Virus record (IMG/VR): IMGVR_UViG_3300029959_000012
Location: 2,421 to 66,420 of that record
Strand: one strand, 5' to 3'
DNA: 64,000 bases
From: a virus
Taxonomy: Duplodnaviria; Caudoviricetes
Position 1 is the stretch's first letter. Each line of letters starts with the position of its first letter. The notes below the pieces were generated by a model, which did not search any database, had not been told where the DNA came from, and worked only from the letters and a program-made list of their open reading frames with translations. A program made the position numbers and the translations under genes. Shown in pieces: positions 1 to 9,421 of this stretch.

Positions 1-125
1 ATGGCACAGATCTAACATATATAGCCACCAAAGCCGATCTATCAGTCATACCCGGCATCGGTAAAGTCAAGGAACGTCGCATCAAAGAACTTATCATCGG
101 TAAAAGTTCTGATTGGATGAAGTAA
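1..125 (+). CDS. 3' end of a helix-hairpin-helix protein (possibly an ERCC4-type nuclease), partial
   Basis: Frame 3 reads GTDLTYIATKADLSVIPGIGKVKERRIKELIIGKSSDWMK*. DLSVIPGIGK is a HhH motif. Confidence 0.55.
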   Translation, partial: GTDLTYIATKADLSVIPGIGKVKERRIKELIIGKSSDWMK

Positions 126-159
126 CAATATTTATCATCTACCATGCCCTATCTTTATT

Positions 160-303
160 ATGCAATTGAAGTCAATTGGACCATATGTTTATTGTGATCG
201 TTTAAAATGTGATGTATCAACTTATGATGAGTGTAGAAAGTGTAAATGGGTTGGAATAGTATCTGGTCATTGCTTTGATTGTCATTGGGACGACAAAAAG
301 TAA
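160..303 (+). CDS. small Cys-rich protein (47 aa)
   Basis: Manual translation MQLKSIGPYVYCDRLKCDVSTYDECRKCKWVGIVSGHCFDCHWDDKK; below the ORF-track cut-off. Confidence 0.4.
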   Translation: MQLKSIGPYVYCDRLKCDVSTYDECRKCKWVGIVSGHCFDCHWDDKK

Positions 304-333
304 ACTAAATGAAAAAGTATCAGCGTAAAAAAT

Positions 334-618
334 TTAGATGTGTTCCACCCCCATATTACAATTTTTAACCTCATAAAAACCAGGCCCAGTAAAATTCATA
401 ATATTATCTAGTTCATTTTTTAAATGTTCCACGTTTTCAGTTTCATCATGAATGATCCAAATATCCTCGCAATCTGGAATATCAACTGCAATCAACCTAT
501 ACTTTGGTGGATTAGTTTCAGCCTTATACTGTATATCAAATTGTAATATCATATCAAGATTCAATGCGGTAATAGTATGCCTTGTAGTTGAATAGAATTT
601 AAGATATCTTTGAAACAC
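334..618 (-). CDS. hypothetical protein
   Basis: 94-aa ORF, no recognisable motif. Confidence 0.45.
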   Translation of the reverse strand: MFQRYLKFYSTTRHTITALNLDMILQFDIQYKAETNPPKYRLIAVDIPDCEDIWIIHDETENVEHLKNELDNIMNFTGPGFYEVKNCNMGVEHI

Positions 619-782
619 AACACTATTATATAACCAACCACATATAATAATATTATGTTTCTAGAAAAATTAAAAGATCCAACAGTGTATGCAACCATAC
701 TATCAGTTGGAGGAGCATTCCTTGTTGCTAATTCTACAAAAGACATTAGACTACTTGGATTTTTAATAATGGTAATGTTCAT
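561..782 (-). CDS. small putative membrane protein
   Basis: Hydrophobic stretch IILLYVVGYIIVLCF; start uncertain. Confidence 0.3.
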   Translation of the reverse strand: MNITIIKNPSSLMSFVELATRNAPPTDSMVAYTVGSFNFSRNIILLYVVGYIIVLCFKDILNSIQLQGILLPH

Positions 783-845
783 AATTTATCTGGGAACATC
801 ACTACTTGGCGTTATGAATAACCTATAATAAACCAACAACTTATA

Positions 846-1223
846 ATGTATCCAACTCCATTTTATATTTATAAAGCGATTCAAGCGGCCAATGATAGTA
901 AATTGCACCACTTTAAACATGGCGCAGTAATATATGATAACAAAAATATATTATCAATTGGACATAACATTCCACACCGAGTTGCCAGTATGAGTAAATT
1001 TGGTTACAACAATAAAAAGATGTATTTACACGCCGAAAGCGACGCCATACTAAAATGTGATCACAACGATCTAAAAGGTGCAAATCTATTGGTTGTTCGA
1101 TCAAAACCCAATAAACTTTGCAATAGTAAACCGTGTATTAATTGCATGACTCTAATCTTGGAAGTTGGAATTCGTCATGTATATTATAGCACAGTTAATG
1201 GCGCTATCGTCCAACTTTTCTAA
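846..1223 (+). CDS. cytidine/deoxycytidylate deaminase family zinc enzyme
   Basis: HGAVI, SIGHN, HAE and PCxxC (PCINC) motifs. Confidence 0.9.
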   Translation: MYPTPFYIYKAIQAANDSKLHHFKHGAVIYDNKNILSIGHNIPHRVASMSKFGYNNKKMYLHAESDAILKCDHNDLKGANLLVVRSKPNKLCNSKPCINCMTLILEVGIRHVYYSTVNGAIVQLF

Positions 1224-1304
1224 AAATCTCCTTTCTAAAAGTCACAAAATTATAGCGCTTATAAACTCATCGTCACTAATTTTATATATCGCCAATTATA
1301 AATA

Positions 1305-2477
1305 TTGCACTGTGATAGTTTGACTTCGAATATTTATGACACTATTATGGACAATTTGAGGAATCGTGGTGCACTTTCACTTGAAGAGTATGCCCCACCC
1401 TACATTTGTTCATATGCGGTTCATGCATTTAATGTGATGAACCAAGGCAAACGCATCTACTGGATGGGTGAAAACATTCCAAATTTGCGCCTGCATGTTG
1501 TATTTGTTGCTCCTCCTGGCGGCATGAAGTCTTATTACCTTGAACAGTTTGGCATTGGCGACTATGGAATTTTTAAAAATACCAATATACAACTCGAAGT
1601 CAAACAAAATACAAATGAATCAGCCCTCATTGGAAATGTCTCTGTTCAAAACGGTAAGGTCATTAAACGCGAAGGAGAATTTGAGAAACATGACAAATCA
1701 ATTTTGATTATCGATGAATTTTCAGGTATGACTGAAGCATTCAAACAAACATTTAATAACCAGTTTGAAACACAACTACTTGCAGCACTCGATCATGGTA
1801 ACGTAAGTAAATCTCAAGCAGCAGGTGAAATCTCTTACAAAACTCACTTCACTCTTTGGGGTGGAGTTCAGCCCGCACGCTACGATCTTGCTCGTGGTAT
1901 GGGTCGTCGCATGTGTTTCAGTCTAAACCTACCAGATAAATTACAACGTAAAAAACTTCGTGATGCTATCTGGAATAGTCGTAACAAGCAACCAAATGTT
2001 GATAAGCATATCCAAATGCAGGAAGACATCAATGAATGGACCAACTCATTCGCTGAAATCGAACGCATCGACTACGATGAAAGCGTTAAGGATCTCTTTG
2101 AAGAACTTGATATTCAAGGTTTTGATATGACTGGTTATGAACGTATGATACTTGGTTATCATCTTGCAAAACACGGTGCTGAAAAACACATGGTGCTCCA
2201 CATTGAAGATCGAGAACTCCACGACACACTTATGCGTCAATATCACTGGCGTGAAGACATCATCAAGGGCCCGGATCTCATCCAACTGGCCAACCTCATC
2301 AAATGTTACGGCAACCACGAGGAAGACAAGGGCTACTACAGCATCAGTCGCAATGATCTCAACGATCTTGGCAGCACAGTCCAAATGTCTGTGGCCCAGA
2401 TTCACGAAAAAACCGAAGAGATGAAAAAGTTTGGTATGCTTACTAGCCAACACAATCAAATCATCCTTTATGAATGA
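1305..2477 (+). CDS. MCM-like AAA+ ATPase, putative replicative helicase
   Basis: Walker A VAPPGGMKS, Walker B LIIDEF, LAALDHGNVSKSQA resembling the MCM LEAMEQQTISIAKA segment, and a candidate arginine finger (GMGRR). Confidence 0.75.
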   Translation: MHCDSLTSNIYDTIMDNLRNRGALSLEEYAPPYICSYAVHAFNVMNQGKRIYWMGENIPNLRLHVVFVAPPGGMKSYYLEQFGIGDYGIFKNTNIQLEVKQNTNESALIGNVSVQNGKVIKREGEFEKHDKSILIIDEFSGMTEAFKQTFNNQFETQLLAALDHGNVSKSQAAGEISYKTHFTLWGGVQPARYDLARGMGRRMCFSLNLPDKLQRKKLRDAIWNSRNKQPNVDKHIQMQEDINEWTNSFAEIERIDYDESVKDLFEELDIQGFDMTGYERMILGYHLAKHGAEKHMVLHIEDRELHDTLMRQYHWREDIIKGPDLIQLANLIKCYGNHEEDKGYYSISRNDLNDLGSTVQMSVAQIHEKTEEMKKFGMLTSQHNQIILYE

Positions 2478-2547
2478 TACACATTAATTCTTTTCACCAC
2501 CCTATTTTATAATAACATTTAAATAATATCCGCACCAACCCACTAAT

Positions 2548-3054
2548 ATGCAAATTCCCGTCAGTCGAAAAACCATTCAGGAATTTGAAAAATATGGCAT
2601 CAACGTTAAGGATTTGATCGCAACTTACCTTCGTTATTATGCTAAACAGATTAACAAGCATGACTGGGATGAATACCAATATAAGTTATTTAACGCGCGT
2701 TTAAAAGAATTCCAGTTAACCGAGGAAGAACAACAAGTGTTAATGAAACTGCATCGCCAATATACCTTGCGTGAAATTCTATACTCCATTAATAGCGATG
2801 AATCCCATGATGAATGGTTACAACAACAACACATCGAAACAGTAATGAAACGATTGGCCATCATCGCTGAACGCTGCATCTCTAATGAAGACAAATTCAT
2901 GGAACTTGCCGAACCATATATCAATTCAATACTTGAATTTGATCCCAGTTTCGATCCCCATAAATACCTCGAAAACACCAAAAAATTCCATGCTATGTCA
3001 TATCGTGAACAAAAAGCCTATCGATGGATTGAAAAATTCACAATGAAGAGGTAG
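2548..3054 (+). CDS. hypothetical protein
   Basis: 168-aa ORF with an upstream AT-rich TATA-like tract. Confidence 0.65.
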   Translation: MQIPVSRKTIQEFEKYGINVKDLIATYLRYYAKQINKHDWDEYQYKLFNARLKEFQLTEEEQQVLMKLHRQYTLREILYSINSDESHDEWLQQQHIETVMKRLAIIAERCISNEDKFMELAEPYINSILEFDPSFDPHKYLENTKKFHAMSYREQKAYRWIEKFTMKR

Positions 3055-3098
3055 CGCTTCGCGCAAGCCTTTATTTTGTTTGGTAATATATCACAACA

Positions 3099-3199
3099 TT
3101 TATATAATGTTAAGATCCACCTGTATGTACCCCCCATTAAATAGCAACACAATGATAGAAGGTTACGCTTGTTGTTTCCTTCTTTGTTGTTTTGTTATG
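3099..3199 (+). ncRNA. dispersed hairpin sRNA-like element, copy E1
   Basis: TTTATATA, then GATCCACCTGTATGT, then a hairpin ending CTTTGTTGTTTTGTTATG. Confidence 0.65.
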
Positions 3200-3280
3200 G
3201 CGAGGCTGTTCGTTGGCACTTCTATTGTTCACGCCTATCATCTAACGCCGATATACTCTTATGTGGTAAATAACTGATTT

Positions 3281-3634
3281 GTGGTTATGATTCCAACGAT
3301 TATGGTCAAGAAGGGCGATACTCAACCTCTTGAATATACCATTGAAAAATATGTAGTTGAGAAGGGTGGTGTTATACCAGTTGATATATCAGGATGTCTT
3401 GTAAGTTTCTCGATGATCCGGGATGGGAACCTCACCTGGGATATCGATCAAGCATCGTGCACTGTTGTTACTGCAACTCAAGGTTTAGTAGAATACCCAT
3501 GGGATACCGATGAAACTGCAACCACTGGAATGTATCGTGCTAAATTCAGTGTGGTGGATCAGGATGATAAAATATGGTCATTTCCCGATTATGGTGTGCA
3601 GTGGATTTATATCTACGATGATGCAACAATGTAA
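3281..3634 (+). CDS. BppU N-terminal-like (baseplate upper) domain protein
   Basis: KKGDTQPLEYTI...VDISGCLVSFSM...GLVEYPW...TGMYRAKFSV pattern. Confidence 0.65.
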   Translation: MVMIPTIMVKKGDTQPLEYTIEKYVVEKGGVIPVDISGCLVSFSMIRDGNLTWDIDQASCTVVTATQGLVEYPWDTDETATTGMYRAKFSVVDQDDKIWSFPDYGVQWIYIYDDATM

Positions 3635-3722
3635 TAACCTTATAAACATTTCCACTAATTTTATAATATTGTTTGCATTTTATCCATTATATATAAATAC
3701 AATTAGGTTACACTTATTAGTA

Positions 3723-3926
3723 ATGAAACGTGTTGCTTACATCCATGATGTTAATGTTTGTGGAAGTGACTGTCCCTACTATGAACAAAACCTAGCCAAC
3801 AGTAAGATCACCTGTAACTATTTTGATCCACCTAAATTCATCAGTGGAAATCGATATTTGGTTGGTCAAGAATTTCCAGATTTCTGTGAACTCAAGGATG
3901 ACATCATCAACAATGGAGTGATGTAA
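3723..3926 (+). CDS. small Cys-rich protein (MKRVAYIHDVNVCGSDCPYY...)
   Basis: ATG at 3723 downstream of TATATAAA; the longer ORF call from 3510 overlaps the upstream gene. Confidence 0.6.
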   Translation: MKRVAYIHDVNVCGSDCPYYEQNLANSKITCNYFDPPKFISGNRYLVGQEFPDFCELKDDIINNGVM

Positions 3927-4013
3927 AAATATGTCGCATAATCAATCACATACAGTGTCTATAACCCAATGTAATGTTGGTTCCATATCAAACTTCAACG
4001 CGGAGATCATCTG

Positions 4014-4751
4014 ATGGTTAAAGTTGTTCTTGGGATTTCAGATACTCATGTTGGTAGTATGTATGGACTTTGTATGCCGAACATGGGATTTGTCCTAAAT
4101 GATGTTCAGCAGTTCCTCTGGGATCATTGGGTTGCAATGTGTAAGGCCATTGGTCATGTTGATTGTGTGATTTGTGATGGTGATATGATTGAAGGCATCA
4201 ACAAGAAAGAAGGCGCCAAACAAACCATACCCGATGTAATGATCCAGGTTAAGATGGCCAAAGCACTACTGTCTATGATCGATGCCGATAAATTTGTGTT
4301 TACTTGTGGCAGTCCATATCATGTTGGTTGCAATCCAAATGCTGATCAGATGTTGTGTGAAATGATGGGTGCCGAATATCTTGAAGAAGATGGCAACGTT
4401 GATGTAGATGACATAGTTATCCACGTTAGACACCACGCATCATACAGTAAAAATCCTGATGGTCGTTACAACAGTCAACAAAAAGACGCAATGATTATGC
4501 GCTTAAATGAGGATAAGGCCGACATCATTTTGCGTGGTCACACTCACCGTTTCAATTACAGTGGTAACATTCACAACATAACAATTAGTATTCCGTGTTG
4601 GAAATCACTTGATGCTTTCATGCGACGAAGCAGTTCAGAATTGCCTGATTGTGGCTACATTTTGATGAAGATTGATGGTGCCGATTATTCCTGGGATCAA
4701 ATGGTCTTCAATGTGCCCAACAAACTATTTAGAAAGCGCGTGAGGATTTAA
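4014..4751 (+). CDS. calcineurin-like metallophosphoesterase
   Basis: ISDTHVG, CDGDMIEG, HH and RGHTH metal-binding motifs. Confidence 0.85.
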   Translation: MVKVVLGISDTHVGSMYGLCMPNMGFVLNDVQQFLWDHWVAMCKAIGHVDCVICDGDMIEGINKKEGAKQTIPDVMIQVKMAKALLSMIDADKFVFTCGSPYHVGCNPNADQMLCEMMGAEYLEEDGNVDVDDIVIHVRHHASYSKNPDGRYNSQQKDAMIMRLNEDKADIILRGHTHRFNYSGNIHNITISIPCWKSLDAFMRRSSSELPDCGYILMKIDGADYSWDQMVFNVPNKLFRKRVRI

Positions 4752-4801
4752 TAACACTGTCAATCAATAATATTTTATAATTTCACACCACATATTATTG
4801 T

Positions 4802-5071
4802 ATGGGATATAGATTAACTATTGATGAAATTATTCAATCTATGAGAAATGATATTCATTTTAATAGTTGCATGGTTCAAGTAAAACTTGGAATTGATTAT
4901 GAAAAGATACACTTGTTAGATAGAATTGATATTAGAAATGTTTTAAACGATCTTGAATTTGCCATTGATATGAGAGAAGAACATTTTTCAAGCGATATGG
5001 ATTGCTATAGATGTTTATATAAAACACTCAAATGGAAAGAACAACTCTTCTTTGAAGATTTGAAAGAATAG
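4802..5071 (+). CDS. hypothetical protein
   Basis: 89-aa ORF with TTTTATAA about 30 nt upstream. Confidence 0.55.
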   Translation: MGYRLTIDEIIQSMRNDIHFNSCMVQVKLGIDYEKIHLLDRIDIRNVLNDLEFAIDMREEHFSSDMDCYRCLYKTLKWKEQLFFEDLKE

Positions 5072-5092
5072 AACAATTCATATAAGCAACAC

Positions 5093-5190
5093 CATAACAA
5101 AACAACAAAGAAGATCTGGAAACAAGTTCTAGACCTTCTATATTGTTTCGTCGTTGGGCACATACAAGTTGTTCTTAACGTTATATAAAA
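5093..5190 (-). ncRNA. dispersed hairpin sRNA-like element, copy E2
   Basis: Reverse strand: TTTTATATAA, AACTTGTATGTGCCC, about 22-bp hairpin, CTTTGTTGTTTTGTTATG. Confidence 0.65.
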
Positions 5191-5196
5191 CTATCG

Positions 5197-5358
5197 TTAG
5201 TTAGGACAATTTGCTAGTATCCAATCGCATTCTTCCTGGGTAATTTTACCTGCTGTGGCAAATGATTGAACCTGTGCAGCAGTAATGGTTCCTGCACAAT
5301 ATCTGGAGTATATTACTTTTGCTAATGCAGAAAGATCATCATAAGAATTAATTGCCAT
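5197..5358 (-). CDS. XkdX-like small tail-associated protein, copy 2 (53 aa)
   Basis: MAINSYDDLSALAKVIYSRY...AGKITQEECDWIL; paralog of 5451-5603. Confidence 0.65.
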   Translation of the reverse strand: MAINSYDDLSALAKVIYSRYCAGTITAAQVQSFATAGKITQEECDWILANCPN

Positions 5359-5449
5359 TATCAATCTCCTCTAATTCTTCTTCTACAATATATTGTTCGA
5401 TTGCATCTAATCTCTTTCTTAATCGTTCAATTTCTTTCTTATCATTCAT
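5348..5449 (-). CDS. small coiled-coil peptide (33 aa)
   Basis: MNDKKEIERLRKRLDAIEQYIVEEELEEIDNGN; abuts both neighbours and contains a GGAG before the next ATG. Confidence 0.45.
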   Translation of the reverse strand: MNDKKEIERLRKRLDAIEQYIVEEELEEIDNGN

Positions 5450-5450
5450 T

Positions 5451-5603
5451 TTAAACACTCTTTATAAAAATTGCTTCTTGTTCAGTAATCTTTTCTGCAA
5501 TCAGTAGTTTGTCTACATCATCTGCATTTACTTTGGTATTTTTAAATTGCATATACACGACTTTTGCTGTTGCTGATAATTCAGAATAATTTGAAATAGT
5601 CAT
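5451..5603 (-). CDS. XkdX-like small tail-associated protein, copy 1 (50 aa)
   Basis: MTISNYSELSATAKVVYMQF...AEKITEQEAIFIKSV; KITxxE motif in the usual position after tail fibre genes. Confidence 0.65.
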   Translation of the reverse strand: MTISNYSELSATAKVVYMQFKNTKVNADDVDKLLIAEKITEQEAIFIKSV

Positions 5604-5604
5604 T

Positions 5605-5868
5605 TTACAACCTCGATAATAAATCTTCTATAAATGCTTGTTCAATTGCTGATATTCGTTCTTCGTATGTTGGATTTAAATCTGGTTCCACTACTGGAGG
5701 TGTAACATTGACTACTGTGACTGCTCCAGTATAATCCAAATACGGTCTGTAGTTGTCTGGATCAATTGTTCTATCGTTTGCAACCTCCCAGATAACATAG
5801 TAATTCGTTCCGTCATTTCTCTCCCGGTAATCCCCGGAAGAAACTGTATAAATGTGTTTTTCGAACAT
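5605..5868 (-). CDS. XkdW-like tail fibre-associated protein
   Basis: C-terminal PTYEERISAIEQAFIE coiled-coil motif; lies between the fibre genes and the XkdX-like genes. Confidence 0.55.
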   Translation of the reverse strand: MFEKHIYTVSSGDYRERNDGTNYYVIWEVANDRTIDPDNYRPYLDYTGAVTVVNVTPPVVEPDLNPTYEERISAIEQAFIEDLLSRL

Positions 5869-6548
5869 TATTTTCTCCTAGTGAGCATCCACTGCGATTG
5901 TGGCAGTGCAATCCCTACGGTCAATCTGAATTCGGAAACATACCCTGCGAGACCATTTGCATACGCATTGTTTACATGTTCGCTCAAAAATACGATCCCG
6001 TCAGACGAATTTGCCGCCGATTCTGATGCCACATTTGACGTGCCTTTTGATACGCCATCTACGTAAGCAGTTAGAGTCGAACCTGACCGCGTAATGCATA
6101 GATGGTGTTTTAGCGTGTCCTGTGGAATCGCAATGTCAATATGGCGTGCAGCAGTTGTATAAAAATAAATCTTACCTGTTGCTGCACCATTTATTCTGAA
6201 TCCGAATACATCGTAGTTTGTTGAAACGGGGTTATCTGTCCGGTTAAACACGTAACCTTCAGATGTCGACGCATATCGCTGATATGTTATCTCGGCAGTG
6301 AAATTAACCGTTGTTAGGTCAAATGCTGATGAATCTGCAACAATTGCATATTTGCTACTTCCACCGGTAGAATATAGAGACCCTCCTACGAAAAGAGCAG
6401 GGGTTTTGACCAAACTGACCCCGGAAGATGAAATCGAGTTTCCTACCAGATCTTTGATTAATTCCCCGGTAAATCGCACATGGCATTTACAGCGGGGGTC
6501 GGGTCTGCGGATTCCGGCACCAACCCCTATTATTCCCGCAATCATCAT
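5868..6548 (-). CDS. LamG/concanavalin A-like receptor-binding domain protein
   Basis: NFTAEITY...HHLCITRSGSTLTAYVDGV...GYVSEFRLT. Confidence 0.8.
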   Translation of the reverse strand: MMIAGIIGVGAGIRRPDPRCKCHVRFTGELIKDLVGNSISSSGVSLVKTPALFVGGSLYSTGGSSKYAIVADSSAFDLTTVNFTAEITYQRYASTSEGYVFNRTDNPVSTNYDVFGFRINGAATGKIYFYTTAARHIDIAIPQDTLKHHLCITRSGSTLTAYVDGVSKGTSNVASESAANSSDGIVFLSEHVNNAYANGLAGYVSEFRLTVGIALPQSQWMLTRRK

Positions 6549-8959
6549 TACACCATCACAAATAGTAACATTGCAGAGAGATCTTGAGCGTCTTTTGCAG
6601 TGCCTTCAAGCGACATCAACCGAATTGGATCTCCATACACTACACCATATTTTGCAATATCTAAATCAACAGACGTGCCTTTTGTGGATGTATTGTCAAT
6701 TAATAACCCGGAATAATTGTTTGCAGAAATCACAGGAATTGCGATCCCATAGACACTGGTGGCATCCGGGTTTGTCACCCATGCTGCAACGGTTGCAACT
6801 TTTGTCGTTCCGACATAATCAGCGATTTTCCGGCTTTGACCTGCACCCGTTCCAGATGCAATCCGGATCCACATGTTGTTATAATAGTCATCGACAGCCG
6901 ACGAATCAGACTGCAATGTAATGGTGGTTGCTGCTCCTGCTTGCGCAGTGCCGTTTGCCAGCGCTGCCCCCATTCTGACGTTTACATATCCGTTGCTCGA
7001 TCCATCTACAACCCGGCTACTAAACAATGCACGGACCAATTTCGCTGGCCCTTGTCGCCAAGCCACAGTGTGGCCCAAATCAGATATGATCAAGTCTGCA
7101 TCGGTTGAATCTTCGTAATATCCAGGGATGAGAATTGGCATCTGAACCACGCCTGTTTTTGTGTAACGCAGAGCAGTAACATCCCCAGATAGTGATGCGC
7201 CGGCAATTGTCATTAGATTTGAAGTAATCGCGTCAATCACTCCGTAATATTTCGTCCCACCGATTGTATACTCAAGTCCGTATCCCGGAAACAAAATGGC
7301 GGTACGATCACTAGTCATCGTCAACGTAGATGTGCTGGCAGGCGTTGCAGTAAATGATCCAGATTCTGAAATCCAGTGGTCAGACGAACTCTGCTCATCT
7401 GCAGAAAGAACTCCACCAGCAATAGATAGTCGCGACCCGACTTTTATACCGCCCAGAGTGCTCCCGGATGCAGTGGGAAGAGAATACGGAGTTAAATCTA
7501 CATCCTGGTCGGGCATTGTAATGACACGGGTTGTCCCGGTTGTGACACTACCAGCGTCTATCCGGACTAGTTTTGTTGCGTCGGCAGGATCTTTTACCAA
7601 GGCGGTCGTGTCGGCAACGGGCAACGTAGTTCCACTTGGCAAATTAGTGAGATCACTTCCATCAAGGGCCGGTAGTTTCCCGCCGGTCTGAACTTGAACC
7701 ACGTCACCGGCATCGGTGCCAACATCCAATGCAGCAGCGGTTCCCAATGTCGGTTTGTTAAGGATTTGAGAATCGCCAGTTGCAGAATTCCAGTCAGCGT
7801 TTACATTGACTTCTGCTCCTGATGCGATACCATCGAGTTTGGTTTTGTCGGATCCTGACATCAACCCGGATGCACCAGCAGCGACGGCATTAGCAATGAC
7901 ATCCCCCCCACCGGTTACATGGTCTGTTGCATGGTCAACTGGAGTTCTAGCGTCAGATAATCGAGCATCGTTTCCTTGGCAAAATGTCCCTGCATCTGTC
8001 CCAACCGAACCAGCCTGAAGGATGCCACCAGTTCCGGTAATAATTGGTAATGTGGCGGTCTCACCAATTACTCCAGCATTGGTTATATTACCATGCGAAT
8101 GGCTTGTTGGTGTCCTTGCATCAGTAAACCGTGAGTCATCGCCCGCGGCAATAGTTCCAGTGGTCGTTCCAATCGCAAGACCATCTTTCAGAGTATTTGA
8201 GTTTGCTCCGTCCCACTGCGGTATTTTATTATCGGTATTTGTCGCGGGGCCAATAACATCACCAGTCCCAGAAGCAGTTGAACCGATCGTTATATCGTCA
8301 CCATTATTTGTAACAGTGACATTTGTACCAGCCTTAACTGTTTTAAACTGTAAGTCTACTCCAGATTTCTGTTTAAAGATTGTTCCTGCTCCATCTCCTA
8401 CATTACTTGCAGTATTAGATTCTCCTGGTGCAGCAGCATTAATTACAACATCATTTGTTTCAGAAGAAAGTGTGACATTTGTACCAGCCTTAATTCGCTT
8501 AAATTGAAGATCTACGCCAACTTTAGAACTGAATAATCCTTCACCATCATCTCCAGTTCCAAGATTTGAAGCAGTGTTTACTTCACCGGATCCACCACTA
8601 CCAACAGTAGATCTTTTTACCTTTTTAGTTGCAAAACTATCCTCACTATCCTCAATAATAAAAAGATCATCATCAACGAGTGTTGTCTTTTCAGTGAGAT
8701 CGTGGATTACTGGAAATGTCCCATTAGTTCCTGTAGGTCCAATAGGCCCTTGAATAGTTGGTGTAATATCAAGCCACGATGTAGTTGCCAACTTATACAT
8801 CTGCAGCGACTCTGTTCCCGTGATGTAAACTGGTAAGTTATCAACTAATTCACTTGGATGTGCTACAAAGTAAGCATCGCGAGCAGTAGTATCAACAAAA
8901 ATGTGATCGTCCGATACAACGATTGAACCACCACTATCAATTGAAGGTCTAAACACCAT
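6548..8959 (-). CDS. long tail fibre protein
   Basis: Gly/Thr/Ser-rich, short collagen-like GPIGPTG, internal repeat of NTASNxG...GVDLQFKxxKAGTNVT, and fibre motifs DARLSDARTP and LPTASGSTLGGIKVG. Confidence 0.85.
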   Translation of the reverse strand: MVFRPSIDSGGSIVVSDDHIFVDTTARDAYFVAHPSELVDNLPVYITGTESLQMYKLATTSWLDITPTIQGPIGPTGTNGTFPVIHDLTEKTTLVDDDLFIIEDSEDSFATKKVKRSTVGSGGSGEVNTASNLGTGDDGEGLFSSKVGVDLQFKRIKAGTNVTLSSETNDVVINAAAPGESNTASNVGDGAGTIFKQKSGVDLQFKTVKAGTNVTVTNNGDDITIGSTASGTGDVIGPATNTDNKIPQWDGANSNTLKDGLAIGTTTGTIAAGDDSRFTDARTPTSHSHGNITNAGVIGETATLPIITGTGGILQAGSVGTDAGTFCQGNDARLSDARTPVDHATDHVTGGGDVIANAVAAGASGLMSGSDKTKLDGIASGAEVNVNADWNSATGDSQILNKPTLGTAAALDVGTDAGDVVQVQTGGKLPALDGSDLTNLPSGTTLPVADTTALVKDPADATKLVRIDAGSVTTGTTRVITMPDQDVDLTPYSLPTASGSTLGGIKVGSRLSIAGGVLSADEQSSSDHWISESGSFTATPASTSTLTMTSDRTAILFPGYGLEYTIGGTKYYGVIDAITSNLMTIAGASLSGDVTALRYTKTGVVQMPILIPGYYEDSTDADLIISDLGHTVAWRQGPAKLVRALFSSRVVDGSSNGYVNVRMGAALANGTAQAGAATTITLQSDSSAVDDYYNNMWIRIASGTGAGQSRKIADYVGTTKVATVAAWVTNPDATSVYGIAIPVISANNYSGLLIDNTSTKGTSVDLDIAKYGVVYGDPIRLMSLEGTAKDAQDLSAMLLFVMV

Positions 8960-8976
8960 GATTTAACCTCCAAAAA

Positions 8977-9330
8977 TTAATACACGCCAGCCCCAGTCCC
9001 AATTATGAGATCTGTCATTGTAGAATTAACACTAAAGCATAAACTAACAACCTTGTTCTTTTTCAAGAAATAGGTCGAAAGCAACTGAAGTTTGGCTGGA
9101 TAATCTTTATTTGGATCAGTTAAATAATGTTTATAACCATTTTCATCAAGTAAATAATATTTACCTGCATCTTCCATCGTACATTGAATTGTAAGGGTCG
9201 TAATAAGACTATTATCAACACTTCCTGACAATTCTACGATCTCGGTATCAGCAGTTACTGATACTGGCAACTCTTCGTCATAGATGAGTTGAGGGAGATT
9301 GCGTAATTCTGTGACTCCTACGAATGCCAT
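8977..9330 (-). CDS. hypothetical protein of the tail region
   Basis: 117-aa ORF with AGGTGA Shine-Dalgarno and an upstream TATA box. Confidence 0.65.
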   Translation of the reverse strand: MAFVGVTELRNLPQLIYDEELPVSVTADTEIVELSGSVDNSLITTLTIQCTMEDAGKYYLLDENGYKHYLTDPNKDYPAKLQLLSTYFLKKNKVVSLCFSVNSTMTDLIIGTGAGVY

Positions 9331-9421
9331 GAGATTTCACCTTAACACCACTTATATAATTTACTTTATATAATCAAACTCATAACAAAATATTTATAAG
9401 TTCATAAAACTATCATCTAGT

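Noticed and set aside
6298-8507. Long + strand ORFs (6298-6921, 7296-7691, 8022-8507 and others)
   Set aside because: These are antisense shadows of the fibre and LamG genes, with no promoters, ribosome-binding sites or motifs.
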